Shown: in pieces, positions 63,307 to 64,000 of the stretch
How the letters are laid out: the number at the start of each line of letters is the position of its first letter
Numbering within the stretch: the first letter of the stretch is position 1
Assembly: GCA_944391745.1 (NCBI GenBank)
Contig: CALXUS010000001.1
Coordinates: forward strand, 81,425-145,424
Length of the DNA: 64,000 nucleotides
DNA from: an uncultured Clostridia bacterium
GTDB lineage: Bacteria > Bacillota > Clostridia > TANB77 > CAG-508
Direction of reading: 5' to 3'
The notes under the pieces: model-generated
Told to the model about the DNA's origin: nothing
What the model saw: the letters and a program-made list of their open reading frames with translations, nothing else
Databases searched by the model: none
Program-made: the position numbers and the translations under genes

Positions 63307-63447
63307 TTTTTATCCTCTTTTTTTGTTTTTTATCATTATATACATAAATTTATTGTAGTTTCAATACTAAAAGTCTTTATTTTTTTCTATTTTTATGTTA
63401 TAATTATGTTATGTGATAATTTTGTGATAATAAAATAGGAGGTTTTT

Positions 63448-64000
63448 ATGTGGGTTTTATTATTAATCCTAGCAATATTAATAGTACTTGCTTGCTTTAG
63501 TATTAAAATAGTTAGACAATCTGAGGTGTACATTATTGAAAGACTTGGTAAATTTCACAAAGTAGCTGATGCTGGTCTTACTTTAATTATACCATTTATA
63601 GATCATGTTCGTAGTATAGTCAGTTTAAAACAACAAACGATGGACATACCACCTCAAGATGTTATTACCAAAGATAATGTTACAATTACAATTGATACTG
63701 TTGTATTTTATAGAATTTTAGAACCTGCAAAAGCAGTGTATGAAATTCAAAGCTTAAAAAAAGGTATTGAATATCTTTCTGTAACCACAATACGTGATAT
63801 TGTTGGTAAAATGGATTTAGACTCAACATTCACATCAAGAGATGCAATTAATGATAAATTAAGATCAATTTTAGATGAAGCCACTGATAGATGGGGATGC
63901 AAAATTGATAGAGTTGAAATACAAGATATTACTCCTCCACCAGATGTTAAGGATGCTATGGAGAAGCAGATGAATGCTGAAAGAAATAAAAGAGCTTCTA
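63448..64000 (+). CDS. SPFH/Band-7 (stomatin/QmcA-like) membrane protein; 3' end beyond the window
   Basis: RBS aggagg. IVRQSEVYIIERLGKF ... SPFH core. Confidence 0.85.
   Translation, partial: MWVLLLILAILIVLACFSIKIVRQSEVYIIERLGKFHKVADAGLTLIIPFIDHVRSIVSLKQQTMDIPPQDVITKDNVTITIDTVVFYRILEPAKAVYEIQSLKKGIEYLSVTTIRDIVGKMDLDSTFTSRDAINDKLRSILDEATDRWGCKIDRVEIQDITPPPDVKDAMEKQMNAERNKRAS

Overview
This is an AT-rich (roughly 27-30% G+C by eye) sequence from a low-GC, endospore-forming Firmicutes (Clostridia-like) chromosome; spoIVB and spoVG are present. Almost all genes lie on the minus strand.

Content, in order:
- Two tandem paralogous giant surface-adhesin genes (PA14-like domain, MucBP-like repeats, Cna-B-like domain, C-terminal anchor).
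- recN, followed by a ~190-nt promoter-to-terminator unit that looks like an unannotated small RNA.
- The complete S10-spc-alpha ribosomal-protein superoperon (rpsJ through rplQ, including secY, adk, map, infA, rpmJ, rpoA). It has unusual interruptions: a GC-rich foreign-looking gene inserted between adk and secY on the opposite strand; a ~480-bp insertion with a 4-TM ORF between rpsH and rplF; and no rpmD (L30). Several ribosomal proteins carry lineage-specific extensions or insertions (L17, L22, S10, L23).
- An RCC1-repeat protein with a prepilin-like N-terminus; an ABC-F ATPase and an M23 peptidase, each broken by a single +1 frameshift in a G/C run; recG; tRNA-Trp.
- efp, ruvX, ireB-like; a giant (1139-aa) receiver-like/ParA-like protein with AT-hooks and an 87-bp intragenic tandem repeat; a G5-SH3-GH73 cell-wall hydrolase; mntP; uppP.
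- A second GC-rich inserted gene; spoVG; murC; a transglutaminase-like protein; spoIVB.

The most interesting region is a ~14-kb, 14-gene minus-strand operon (49.2-63.3 kb). It encodes a Tad/Flp-like type IV filament machinery: a CpaB/RcpC-like protein, two degenerate ParA/TadZ-like proteins, a 634-aa TadA/CpaF-like ATPase, and a single fused TadB/C-like 692-aa platform protein. With these sit a family of leaderless pilin-like paralogs (three share an identical 12-residue MENASKALIIAG N-terminus), a 633-aa putative tip or adhesin protein, a 374-aa prepilin-like protein lacking Glu5, and a VanZ-like protein. No prepilin peptidase is present in the locus.
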